Origin: a virus
Lineage: Duplodnaviria > Caudoviricetes
IMG/VR virus record: IMGVR_UViG_3300022923_000005
Coordinates: 1 to 64,000 of that record
Reading direction: 5' to 3' (one strand)
Length of the DNA: 64,000 nt
Of the stretch, positions 56,101-64,000 are shown piece by piece. How positions within the stretch are numbered: the stretch's first letter is position 1; every line of letters starts with the position of its first letter. Position numbers and translations under genes: made by a program. The notes below the pieces were generated by a model. That model had not been told where the DNA came from and did not search any database. It was given only the letters and a program-made list of their open reading frames with translations.

Positions 56101-57254
56101 GCATCATCACTATGTGGAGAACTTCCTCTATGATAATTGTATGTTGTGCCACTAAACACAACAGTATTATCGTAATCGTCTCCAGTAGGTATGTCGTGTT
56201 TGAATACATTGTTACCTGCTGCAATTGTTACGTGGATTCCTGCTGCAATCATATCATCTATTTCAGCATCAACTGATGCAACGCGAACTGGCATAATTGT
56301 AAATGTTGTACCAGTGCCAAATATTTTGTCTACTACGCCTGTTGAACTCCATAAGCCTGATCTTGAATCATATCCTGATTGGAATTCACCTGGATTCCAA
56401 ACCCAAGCATTGCCTCTATAGTTTCCACTTGAAGGGTCTGCTGTTAAGTTTGCACTATATCCCCAACTCATATTTACAACTGTTGGTCTTCCTGTATACG
56501 CAGCATCGTTTGGATCATTCTTTGCATTGTGCCATAATCTAATTGCATCAAATGCATTACCTATTGAAATGCCGTTGCCTGGATCTGTAGTTCCTTCTAG
56601 TCCTGCTAATTTTTGTGCATAAATGTGTGCTGCTTTTGCCCAACCATATTTTAAACCTGCGGCAATACTTGCACAATGCGTACCGTGTCCGTCATAGTCT
56701 TCGTAAAAGTTTGCATCTTGTGTTCCTGTTATTCCACTTGCAGTATACCAATTAAGTTGTTGTACTCTTGTAACACCATTTCTATCAAAAAAATCTGGAT
56801 GGTCTGCTTGAATACCGCTATCTTGTATTACAACATCAACACCTCTACCGCCTATACCAGTTGTGTAATCTACTGACGGTGCAACATTGTTTGCATATAT
56901 AGAATTAGATGCACTTATACATCTAACTAAACCCCAATTAATATCTGTGTTTGCGTGTACAGTTGTTCTTCTAAAATTTGAACCACCTTGTGTTAGGTTA
57001 TGTCCAATTTGTATATCTGTTCTTTCACCTACTGGTATTTCTACAGACAACACACGATCGTCTTTCATTAGTTCAGTTGCTTCATCAGCAGTAAGCATAA
57101 AGTGAGTCATTCTTGTTGACCCAATTCTTGCATCTGCAACTGGAACTGATCTGTTTGGAATAGGACCTGAACCGGAACTTGCTGTTAGTTCTGTTTCTAG
57201 TTCTGCTAAGTTAACACCTTTGTTAACGACTACTACGTATTCTCTTTCACTCAT
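53109..57254 (-). CDS. S8 (subtilisin-like) protease with Ig/Calx-beta-like repeats and cupredoxin-like C-terminus
   Basis: Catalytic triad motifs VIQDSG, GHGTHCA and GTSMAAPQVAG; four (D/N)EG.T.T.TL...TEG.E repeats; HPF...YQCSIHGGM. Confidence 0.88.
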   Translation of the reverse strand: MSEREYVVVVNKGVNLAELETELTASSGSGPIPNRSVPVADARIGSTRMTHFMLTADEATELMKDDRVLSVEIPVGERTDIQIGHNLTQGGSNFRRTTVHANTDINWGLVRCISASNSIYANNVAPSVDYTTGIGGRGVDVVIQDSGIQADHPDFFDRNGVTRVQQLNWYTASGITGTQDANFYEDYDGHGTHCASIAAGLKYGWAKAAHIYAQKLAGLEGTTDPGNGISIGNAFDAIRLWHNAKNDPNDAAYTGRPTVVNMSWGYSANLTADPSSGNYRGNAWVWNPGEFQSGYDSRSGLWSSTGVVDKIFGTGTTFTIMPVRVASVDAEIDDMIAAGIHVTIAAGNNVFKHDIPTGDDYDNTVVFSGTTYNYHRGSSPHSDDAGTYIVGNIDYHTEELIGPTGTDIITDSSSRGPAINMLAPGQEIMAATSTTNRFSDFDYPENTSFKITAIGGTSMAAPQVAGVIAQHLELFPTITPAQMQTRINADAKIDTVYTTGQDTDYDSYQNSLMGTPNRMLYSKYSQQPLSFAGFAMTTGASSATYALAADVTNVDEGGTVTFTLTTTGLGDGVTVSYAVSGIQSSDLSSGSLSGVFTVTSNTATAAFTLANDLTTEGAETLTLSLLNGQASQAVTINDTSVTPPAATYTLSSDVPNVNEGDTVTFTLTTTQIPDGTLIPYTITGVTLADIGGYNIDAQYNNGAIIDLTGDGSDFFSREVTVNGVRIVAAGTVGGQTAVPDAFVEKVARMFELFTDPNGAGINETSQRTFIKTLSGDAGTYHAAVGPTLQRVARGAGADYTPNFLTDAGIASYNLSPLFDSHVANDMVWYLNSTGDAPGDGDNDAQEVIEHVFHTLHMHGLDAVSLKMYPYISTDWASGPLYEAMEEAYDAGKWDSSGYGGNAWKTDGDAFEVAAKEYLFLLNFGMFEYSSLWDGGSLAPEWTDDMRTPSGIQTNNPLGYALHNTYIAPVISKPSLTTIRNIFQDGDTGDPTVAGASGYVSDTPASLTGNFTITNNTDTLAVTFAEDSTTEGAETIRLSLDNGEDFHDVTVNDTSITPPTPDPTYTLSGPTSANEGDTITVTLTTTNVDDATEVAYSVTGAIASDFTSGTTLGNFTVNNNTAQVSWTLAADLSTEGTEVMLVSLDNGEDTHTINIQDTSRTPVYTNLLNDSGNGSINEGETVTFTLQGTNIPENTTVPYTITGISNPGDTDTPLSGNLTMTANSASLAVTLKEDTTTEGAETLTFTLGATDSNGTSTGALSVNINIVDTSVTFVPDYTITVENSGNNYLLSGTDRSGSFASASQPALTFNTGDKVQFVVNSDTASGHPFYIKTTQGAGLGNQVADVSGQGTSQLNWTIASTGTYYYQCSIHGGMNNTITVNT

Positions 57255-58348
57255 TATGCTGCCGCGCCAGTGTCTAATTCAATCCAACCACCATTTTGAT
57301 AAGCCTCTATCTTATTGGAAGTTGTATTATAAATCATATCACCGTTCACAGCAGTTAAACCATTACGTGCAGTATCATCCATCGATGGTAGTCTTACAGG
57401 TCCACCTGTAAATCTTGCACCATCTACAGTAGTAATTGTTACTGCTGATGTACTGTTAATTTCAGTTGCACCAATACCAGTGTCACTAAATGTAGAAGTA
57501 TTCAATCCGCCGACGGTAATTGTGTTTGTAGTAATTGCGCCTCTACCAGTAATTGTATCAAGTGTATCAGACTCTGTTGTAAGATACCCAACACCCGAAT
57601 GATCGCCCCAACCAAATGCTGTGTCCCAATTACTAGCATTTGCTGTAGCAGTATTAAGTGCTGTGGTAGTTGCGTATGTTGTTAATTCTGATTTGTTTGC
57701 AAGTTCAACCCATCCGCCTGCGTGAGCAAAATACATTCCTCCGTCTGCGTGGCTGTGTGCAATTGCTCCGTGATATGTAGTTGCATCTGGAAAGTCAGTT
57801 GTAGTTGGATAATAAAATCTTAATCCGTGTGCGTCTACTGTAGGAGCATCAATAGCACCTGTAATAGTTGCTCCTGTTTTAGGAACAGCATCTGTAATAC
57901 CATAACCGCCTAATGTTGTAGGCTTATCTTGTAAATCTCCCCAACTGGATACACCTCCGCCACCACCTGTTGATGCTGGTACTGCTGGTTGAATCCACTG
58001 GGCACTGTTTCCGTCATTTACATATACATACAATCTTGCAGTTGAACTATCAAACCAAATTGTGCCTTCATCAGGACTACTTGGAGCACTATCGCCTACT
58101 TCAATACTGCCGCTTCCGCCGCCGCCTACGCCTGCCGCTAGTGCTTTTGCAGCAAATACTGCGTTAGTTACATTTGATAAATCTTCTTTTACAAGTTCAG
58201 TACCGCCTATAGTTTGTGCATCGTACAAGCGTAAAGTTTTTTTATCGTTATCGTAAAAAATCTCACCACGTAAACCCAATTTTCTATCAAGAAAATCGGT
58301 ATCTCTTGGTACTACTCTTAAGTTATTAATAATTGGTAATCTTGCCAT
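57254..58348 (-). CDS. tail-fibre-like virion structural protein
   Basis: GEIFYD, AP.SP.EG.IW, KPTTLGGYGITDA and NGDMIYNT motifs of phage fibre proteins. Confidence 0.7.
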   Translation of the reverse strand: MARLPIINNLRVVPRDTDFLDRKLGLRGEIFYDNDKKTLRLYDAQTIGGTELVKEDLSNVTNAVFAAKALAAGVGGGGSGSIEVGDSAPSSPDEGTIWFDSSTARLYVYVNDGNSAQWIQPAVPASTGGGGGVSSWGDLQDKPTTLGGYGITDAVPKTGATITGAIDAPTVDAHGLRFYYPTTTDFPDATTYHGAIAHSHADGGMYFAHAGGWVELANKSELTTYATTTALNTATANASNWDTAFGWGDHSGVGYLTTESDTLDTITGRGAITTNTITVGGLNTSTFSDTGIGATEINSTSAVTITTVDGARFTGGPVRLPSMDDTARNGLTAVNGDMIYNTTSNKIEAYQNGGWIELDTGAAA

Positions 58349-58435
58349 ATTTTTCTCTGATCCAAACTTGTTGTATAGTATTTATCCGACTGCCAAGATA
58401 ACGTGTCTATGTAAAAAAGCACCATAAATAGTTTT

Positions 58436-59029
58436 ATGGAACATATAACAGTTGAAAATGCACTTCCTAGAGCCTATCAAGACGAAGTAGAAAGACTTAT
58501 GTATGGTATGGATTTTCCGTGGTTTGCTAATCACGAGCATTATTACAATAGCAATACATATAGTTTGGGTTTTACACATCTTGCACTAAATGACGGTCCT
58601 GATTTACCAAAAGGAACTACTGCAAGTAATCATTTACAATCACTACTTCCTATTTGGTACACAATGGGTGATGCTTTAGGACAAGAATTAGTAAAATTAC
58701 TTAGACTGCGTTGCGGTTTGCTTGTGCCAAGCAATACTAGTAAAGAGATGGTAACAAATGCTGATGCAGTTGATGGAGGCGATGAGCCACATTTAGATTT
58801 TTTATGTCCTCATTGGACAGGATTATATTATGTAAACGACAGCGATGGCGATACTGTTGTTTATGATCAAACAAAACCATCTGATCACTATACAATATTA
58901 ACAACATCAACACCTAAAAAAGGAAAGATGTTTATTTTTAACGGTAAACATTATCATTCAAGTAGTAAACCTACAGATGCATATTCAAGATGTGTACTTA
59001 CTTTTAATTTTACAACTACTGAAATGTAA
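58436..59029 (+). CDS. 2OG-Fe(II) oxygenase
   Basis: PHLD, YYVNDSDGDT, PKKG and HSSS...R motifs. Confidence 0.85.
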   Translation: MEHITVENALPRAYQDEVERLMYGMDFPWFANHEHYYNSNTYSLGFTHLALNDGPDLPKGTTASNHLQSLLPIWYTMGDALGQELVKLLRLRCGLLVPSNTSKEMVTNADAVDGGDEPHLDFLCPHWTGLYYVNDSDGDTVVYDQTKPSDHYTILTTSTPKKGKMFIFNGKHYHSSSKPTDAYSRCVLTFNFTTTEM

Positions 59030-59033
59030 AAAT

Positions 59034-59762
59034 ATGATTAATTGGCTTAAAAACAAATTTAAAAAGAAACAACCATTAGTAACCTGTTACACAACTGTAA
59101 GAGGATTAGAAGAAATCTATCCTCCTAGAGTTGCAACCGCAGCGATACCAGATTGGTTTAAGAAAATGCCTAAAGAAATAATGGAACAATGGAGCGGACA
59201 TCCTGGCACAGCAAAAAAATGTCCTGCATTTATTGATTATTATAAGTCGGGCGTTGTTTTATATTTGTGGTGCGACTTATGGGTAAAAATAAATGAAGAT
59301 ACAACGTGGGAAGTAAAGACTCCTGAAAAACTTTTTAGTTTTACAAATCATTTAGATAATCAATTTTTAGACCATTTAGATAACCGCGAATATGCAATGG
59401 TGCTTAAAGCAAATAGTCCTTGGAGAATGGTAACACCTAAAGGATATGATTTAATGCAATTGCCTTTACACTATCACTTTGATAAAAGATTTGAAGTATT
59501 GCCTGGTGTAATGAGTGCTGATATACATTATGAAGTCAACCCACAAATGGCATTTAAAGAGTATGGCGAATATATGATTCCAAGAGGTACACCATTAGCA
59601 ATGTACGTGCCAATTAAAAGAGAAAAAATGACACTTGAAGTTCGTGAGATGGACGATGAGATGAAACGTTTAGAAGAAAAACAATACTATTGGTTTTCAG
59701 GCAAGTTCAGTGGTGGATACAAAGAGCATCAAACTATCATTAAAAAGCAAGAAAAGAAATGA
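59034..59762 (+). CDS. hypothetical protein (paralogue of 59759..60490)
   Basis: IPDWFK, TAKKCPA, SPW..TPKG, EVLPG and RGTPL motifs. Confidence 0.75.
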   Translation: MINWLKNKFKKKQPLVTCYTTVRGLEEIYPPRVATAAIPDWFKKMPKEIMEQWSGHPGTAKKCPAFIDYYKSGVVLYLWCDLWVKINEDTTWEVKTPEKLFSFTNHLDNQFLDHLDNREYAMVLKANSPWRMVTPKGYDLMQLPLHYHFDKRFEVLPGVMSADIHYEVNPQMAFKEYGEYMIPRGTPLAMYVPIKREKMTLEVREMDDEMKRLEEKQYYWFSGKFSGGYKEHQTIIKKQEKK

Positions 59763-60490
59763 ACTGGTTCAAAAAAACACAACCAACTATTGAATTCTGG
59801 TCTGTAGAAAAAGGTTTAGAACATACTGCGCCGCCGGTCCCTGCTACACAATGTATACCAGATTGGTTTAAAGAAATGCCTGCTGCTGTAAAAGATGTTT
59901 ACAACAATTTTGGTGCTAACGGCAGAGTAGAAACTGCAAAACAATGTCCAGCATACGCAGAATTTTTTAAACAAGCGTATGTGTTAAGAATGTGGACAGA
60001 CTTTAAAATTACAATTAATAAAGATCACAGTTATTATGTTGAATCCGCAGATGATAGATTTGAATTTACTAATCACGGCGAATTACAGTTCCAACAACAT
60101 TTACCTGATCCTAACAAATACAGTATGGTACTTAAAGCAATAAGTCCGTGGAGATTAAAAACTCCTAAAGGGTGGTCAGTATTGCAATTACCTATGTTGT
60201 TTCATTACGATAAAAGATTCGAAGTATTACCAGGATCATTTTGGTCTGATATACATCACGAATGCACACAGCAGATGGCATTTTTTGATTATGGAGAATA
60301 TATTATTGAAAGAGGTACACCTCTTTGTATGTTTGTTCCTGTACAAAGAAATGCAATCAAACATAAGGTGTCCGAATTTACAGACAGGCTATATAATATA
60401 ACTAATCAAAGTTATTTGTGGTGGGCAGGTAAATTTAAAAACGGATACAAAGAACACCAACGAATAGTTAAAAAGGAGAAAAGTAAATGA
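59759..60490 (+). CDS. hypothetical protein (paralogue of 59034..59762)
   Basis: IPDWFK, TAKQCPA, SPW..TPKG, EVLPG and RGTPL motifs. Confidence 0.75.
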   Translation: MNWFKKTQPTIEFWSVEKGLEHTAPPVPATQCIPDWFKEMPAAVKDVYNNFGANGRVETAKQCPAYAEFFKQAYVLRMWTDFKITINKDHSYYVESADDRFEFTNHGELQFQQHLPDPNKYSMVLKAISPWRLKTPKGWSVLQLPMLFHYDKRFEVLPGSFWSDIHHECTQQMAFFDYGEYIIERGTPLCMFVPVQRNAIKHKVSEFTDRLYNITNQSYLWWAGKFKNGYKEHQRIVKKEKSK

Positions 60491-60741
60491 GTACTATTAC
60501 AGTAGAATCATTAGAACCGGGAGTAAATTACTTCTGTATTTACGAAACAGAAATTGATCCTAATACAATGCCTTTGTTATCACAATCAGATGAAACAATT
60601 CCTAAGGCTATTATTACAGGTAAAGGTCAAATTTTACAAAGAGATAAAGAGAAAAAACTTGTTGAAGTAATTGATCTTGAAACACATCAACGTTATGTTG
60701 TTGGTTGGGATAAAATTACTGAAATCGCAGTTGCTGACTAA
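60487..60741 (+). CDS. hypothetical protein
   Basis: 84-aa ORF in operon. Confidence 0.7.
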   Translation: MSTITVESLEPGVNYFCIYETEIDPNTMPLLSQSDETIPKAIITGKGQILQRDKEKKLVEVIDLETHQRYVVGWDKITEIAVAD

Positions 60742-61355
60742 TGAAAATTAGGTCAATATTTCCAGAAGGCATTGGCCTAGCGACTAATACTGACATTAAA
60801 CTTGATATTGATAGTTTAATGAAAAGTATAGAGTGGAAAACTGACGATAATGGCTTAGGTGAATTTGATCAAAGTCAAACAAATTTACAAGAAGTAGAAG
60901 AATGGCAGCCATTGCTAAATTGGATTGTAAAAAAGGCTGAACATTATTGGTCAGAATTAGGCTACAAGCACGATGGTATGTTAATTACACAAGCGTGGCT
61001 TAATAAAATGCCCGATGGTGGTACTATTGATTGGCATTGGCACAGCAATTCACTTATTTCAGCAGTATACTATCTTAAAGCAGATGAAGGCACAGGACCT
61101 ACATTGTTTCAAACTACTAAAAATCCACTACAACTTAGTCTACAAACAGAAGTAGACAAGTTTACTAACTACAATTGCCCTGAAATAGCAGTAAGACCGG
61201 AGCAAGATACTGTAGTATTATTTCCATCGTATATTAACCATCGCAGTGCTGCTAATTTTAATGCTAATTCTGAACGCTATACAGTAGCGGTCAATATAAT
61301 GCCCAATACGCTTGGAAAAGAAAACCACTTTAATTGGGCTAAATTGCATAAATAA
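60741..61355 (+). CDS. 2OG-Fe(II) oxygenase (TIGR02466-like)
   Basis: AWLN, HWHSNSLISAVYY and LFPSYINH...R motifs. Confidence 0.85.
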   Translation: MKIRSIFPEGIGLATNTDIKLDIDSLMKSIEWKTDDNGLGEFDQSQTNLQEVEEWQPLLNWIVKKAEHYWSELGYKHDGMLITQAWLNKMPDGGTIDWHWHSNSLISAVYYLKADEGTGPTLFQTTKNPLQLSLQTEVDKFTNYNCPEIAVRPEQDTVVLFPSYINHRSAANFNANSERYTVAVNIMPNTLGKENHFNWAKLHK

Positions 61356-61389
61356 ACATATAACAGACGTATTAAGGAGACTTGTTACT

Positions 61390-61566
61390 ATGGCAACATT
61401 TACAGTTGAAGGGAAAACTTTCGACAAGTATTACAAAGCATACGACTATGCAATGTTTTTGTACAATACTGAAAATAGACAGATCGAAATGAGTAAAGAC
61501 GGCGGAGCACCTATCTTGATCGGTGACCCAATTAACGAAGAAGAACTAGATAATCTTAATTACTAG
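61390..61566 (+). CDS. hypothetical protein
   Basis: AAGGAG before ATG 61390. Confidence 0.6.
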   Translation: MATFTVEGKTFDKYYKAYDYAMFLYNTENRQIEMSKDGGAPILIGDPINEEELDNLNY

Positions 61567-62206
61567 TTTTACTAAGATCTAATTCAGTAAGACTGTCAAG
61601 TCTTCCAATCTTTTCAAAAATAAACGTATTAAAAGCAAGGCTCTTTCTAGGAAGGTCTTGCTTTATTTTACCTACACTATGTTGAGTTTCACTAGGAAAT
61701 AGTACTAAAGTATTTTTCCTTGGTGTAAATGAGTGGTGATCAAAAGCATATGGGGCTTCAATATCTTCATTGCGATCTACTTCAAAGTTGCTAAATTTTC
61801 TAGGACGTAAAAAACTAATAGGTTCTATATCGCCTTCGTCCCAATAAAATACGCCTGAAATTAGACTGTTAGGATGTATGTGATATTTGTGTCTTTGTCC
61901 TTTTTCCTTTATAGATACCCAACTCATAGTAAGATCTATTTTCTTAAAGTTCCAAGCAAGTACGTTTCTAGCATAGTTGTCTACGTGATGCATAATCCAA
62001 TTCCTTAAAGGAGTCATTTCATCACGGTTGAGAATGTAACTATCCTCACTTATTGTACCATATTCTTTAATTGTTTCGACATCTTTTTCTATATCAATCG
62101 GTGCATTATCCATATAATCAATGCACTGCTGTATTTCATCTTTACAAATAGCAAAGTATACAGGAATAGGAAAAATAGGTACTACTTCAATATGATCATC
62201 GTTCAT
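61556..62206 (-). CDS. 2OG-Fe(II) oxygenase (TIGR02466-like)
   Basis: HIHPNSLISGVFY and LFPS..QH...R.SLAFN motifs. Confidence 0.85.
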   Translation of the reverse strand: MNDDHIEVVPIFPIPVYFAICKDEIQQCIDYMDNAPIDIEKDVETIKEYGTISEDSYILNRDEMTPLRNWIMHHVDNYARNVLAWNFKKIDLTMSWVSIKEKGQRHKYHIHPNSLISGVFYWDEGDIEPISFLRPRKFSNFEVDRNEDIEAPYAFDHHSFTPRKNTLVLFPSETQHSVGKIKQDLPRKSLAFNTFIFEKIGRLDSLTELDLSKTSN

Positions 62207-62787
62207 TAGTTTACCAACTTTACATTAAATGCAATACTGATTCTTTCTTCATTGCTTTTATTTTTTACAACCATATGCTCTAAATACGATGGCCATAACA
62301 ACATTCTTCCTACAACAGGCTCAAACCAAACATTAGGTTGCATATTCCTTGCTCTGTGTGTAAGTTTATGAAAGTTGTATGCACTTGCAGGAGGATTAAA
62401 AATTATATTTCCACTGTCTTTAGGAGCAGTAACATAAAATATACCACTTATGTCGCTTTCTGGATGCATATGAAACTCTTGCCACATACCTGGCTTACTA
62501 AAGTTATACCACGATTCATCTAAATTAACAATTGTGTACGGAGGATCTACTGCTAATTCTTCTAAGTATTGATGTATGTTTCTATAGATATGTTTACTTA
62601 CAAGCGGACATTGATCTTTTAGTACATTTACATATTCATCAAACTTAAATGTGCTTTGTATATCGCTTGACCAAGGATTAGTTGTGTGCTGTCTTTGTGT
62701 TTCTGCAACTTGTACTGCCTCGTCAATAATACTTTGATTATCAGTATCAACTAATTTAACAGGAATACCAAAATAATTTTCTATCAT
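62206..62787 (-). CDS. 2OG-Fe(II) oxygenase (TIGR02466-like)
   Basis: HMHPESDISGIFY and WPSYLEHMV..N...ERISIAFN motifs. Confidence 0.88.
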   Translation of the reverse strand: MIENYFGIPVKLVDTDNQSIIDEAVQVAETQRQHTTNPWSSDIQSTFKFDEYVNVLKDQCPLVSKHIYRNIHQYLEELAVDPPYTIVNLDESWYNFSKPGMWQEFHMHPESDISGIFYVTAPKDSGNIIFNPPASAYNFHKLTHRARNMQPNVWFEPVVGRMLLWPSYLEHMVVKNKSNEERISIAFNVKLVN

Positions 62788-63380
62788 TGCATATTTCCTA
62801 TTACATCGAAATTAATAATTGCTCTAGATGACTCGTTAGGGCTAGAACTTGAATGATAGTATTTGCCATTAAAAAATAATGCTCTACCTTTTTTAGGTTG
62901 GCAAGTTACTAAAGGCTCCCATTGTACATTTTCCATATTCGCAGACTGCGTGTCGTGCCGTGTCTGCTTGTATAATGTAGTTGGTGCTTCATTATCAACA
63001 ACATAATATAAACAAACTAAATGATCAAACTGTAAATCTATGTGTGGATGATTGCTAGGAACATCTTTACTAATAGGTAATTGTAAAAAACTACGTGCTT
63101 GATATACGTGTTCAACATCAATATTAATTTTGTCACAAGCAATATACACTAGCGGCTTAATAAACGGCCACCAAGCATCGCCGTTGTCGTTGTTGTCTTC
63201 ATAAAATACGTGATTAAACGCAGGACAAATTGCTCTTGTGTTGTATCTTTTAATTTTGTCAGCAGTAAGTGTTACGTCAGCAACATAGTACCAAGGAAAA
63301 CTATTGTTACCTAAAAGTAAATCTTCAATATCGTCTTGATATACTTTTGGTATTACATTATCTACAATTTGATATTCCAT
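62784..63380 (-). CDS. 2OG-Fe(II) oxygenase (paralogue of 58436..59029)
   Basis: PHID, LYYV, PKKGR and YHSSS motifs. Confidence 0.85.
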   Translation of the reverse strand: MEYQIVDNVIPKVYQDDIEDLLLGNNSFPWYYVADVTLTADKIKRYNTRAICPAFNHVFYEDNNDNGDAWWPFIKPLVYIACDKINIDVEHVYQARSFLQLPISKDVPSNHPHIDLQFDHLVCLYYVVDNEAPTTLYKQTRHDTQSANMENVQWEPLVTCQPKKGRALFFNGKYYHSSSSPNESSRAIINFDVIGNMQ

Positions 63381-64000
63381 TAGAAATAATTATATCCCAT
63401 CTTTTTATCAACTAATGACCAAAGTTCCATACTCAATGGTTTGAAAATAATTCTTGGATCATCAACACCGTTTGTTTTTAATACTTGCATCATACTTTTT
63501 ACATTCTGAAACACATCACTATTATGCAGTGCTTTTGTTGTTTTGTCAACTGTTATTTTCCAGAACTCGCTATCAAATGTACTTCCGCCGTGATATACAA
63601 AGTAAATAAATGCGCAATATACTTCAGCAGTATGACGCAATGAAGCATTTGCTGCATCTGCTGTAGTATCGCCCATAATTACATTTGCAGCCTCAATTGC
63701 TACTGCTTCATAATACGAACCACTTAATGCTTCTAATGGTTCAAAAAATAACGCTCTATTACCATTACTAATAATTCTGCCGTCTATAGTATTTTTCTTA
63801 TAGTAGTTTTTCCAACTAAATTCTCTTACTTGTATAGGATCATCAAACAGTGTTTGCATATCTTCTTTTGCTTCTTCGACGCTAGTAATTGTGTCATTAA
63901 ATAGATATCCCCAGCCTTGTCTTGTTTCTAAAGGTATACCAAACATCCAACCATTTCTAGTTGCTTGATGATATGTGTAATTCCAATTACCTGGTTTGTC
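63380..64000 (-). CDS. flavin-dependent tryptophan-halogenase-like protein (C-terminal part; 5' end outside window)
   Basis: Frame stays open to 64000. ATRNGWMFGIPL..R..WGY, GN...FFEPLEA and S.FW motifs of PrnA-like proteins. Confidence 0.75.
   Translation of the reverse strand, partial: DKPGNWNYTYHQATRNGWMFGIPLETRQGWGYLFNDTITSVEEAKEDMQTLFDDPIQVREFSWKNYYKKNTIDGRIISNGNRALFFEPLEALSGSYYEAVAIEAANVIMGDTTADAANASLRHTAEVYCAFIYFVYHGGSTFDSEFWKITVDKTTKALHNSDVFQNVKSMMQVLKTNGVDDPRIIFKPLSMELWSLVDKKMGYNYF

Noticed and set aside
53109-64000. Phage-encoded RiPP pathway joining pqqA with the S8 protease, oxygenases and halogenase
   Set aside because: These genes are 19-30 kb from pqqA, no radical-SAM or PqqD-like gene is present, and they have other plausible roles.
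1-64000. CRISPR array, rRNA, integrase/IS, or stop-codon reassignment
   Set aside because: No spaced direct repeats or such genes were seen; core genes are full-length in the standard code and all three stop codons are used.

Overview
A 64-kb AT-rich segment of a large T4-like myovirus genome, probably from an aquatic host. It uses the standard genetic code and shows no CRISPR array, rRNA, integrase or IS element. Four blocks are visible. (1) 0.3-7 kb: small accessory genes, including tRNA-Arg(GCG), iscU, a 2OG-Fe(II) oxygenase and a Pol-beta-type nucleotidyltransferase. (2) 7-34 kb: replication and recombination genes (gp41 helicase, gp61 primase, a 192-aa DnaE-like polymerase core, gp62-like, UvsW, UvsY, UvsX, gp32) interleaved with a large glycan-modification set (six KpsS/KpsC-like paralogues, three GT-A glycosyltransferases, four methyltransferases, a cytidylyltransferase-cupin fusion and a carbamoyltransferase). 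(3) 34-58 kb: morphogenesis genes (terminase, gp4, tail tube, a 1119-aa sheath, necks gp13/gp14, gp15, a subtilase-bearing virion protein). (4) 58-64 kb: an oxygenase/halogenase island. The most notable find, missed by the ORF track, is a 23-codon pqqA gene (PQQ precursor peptide, [23 protein letters not shown], 33967-34038, minus strand) with its own promoter, ribosome-binding site and terminator. Other highlights are a leaderless-mRNA layout across the window (TAAATA-N4-8-ATG at 15 genes, plus sigma70 promoters that abut start codons), a cluster of GNA-triloop DNA mini-hairpins at 543-679, and T4-like capsid-targeting N-termini. All family assignments come from motif recognition by eye; no database searches were run.
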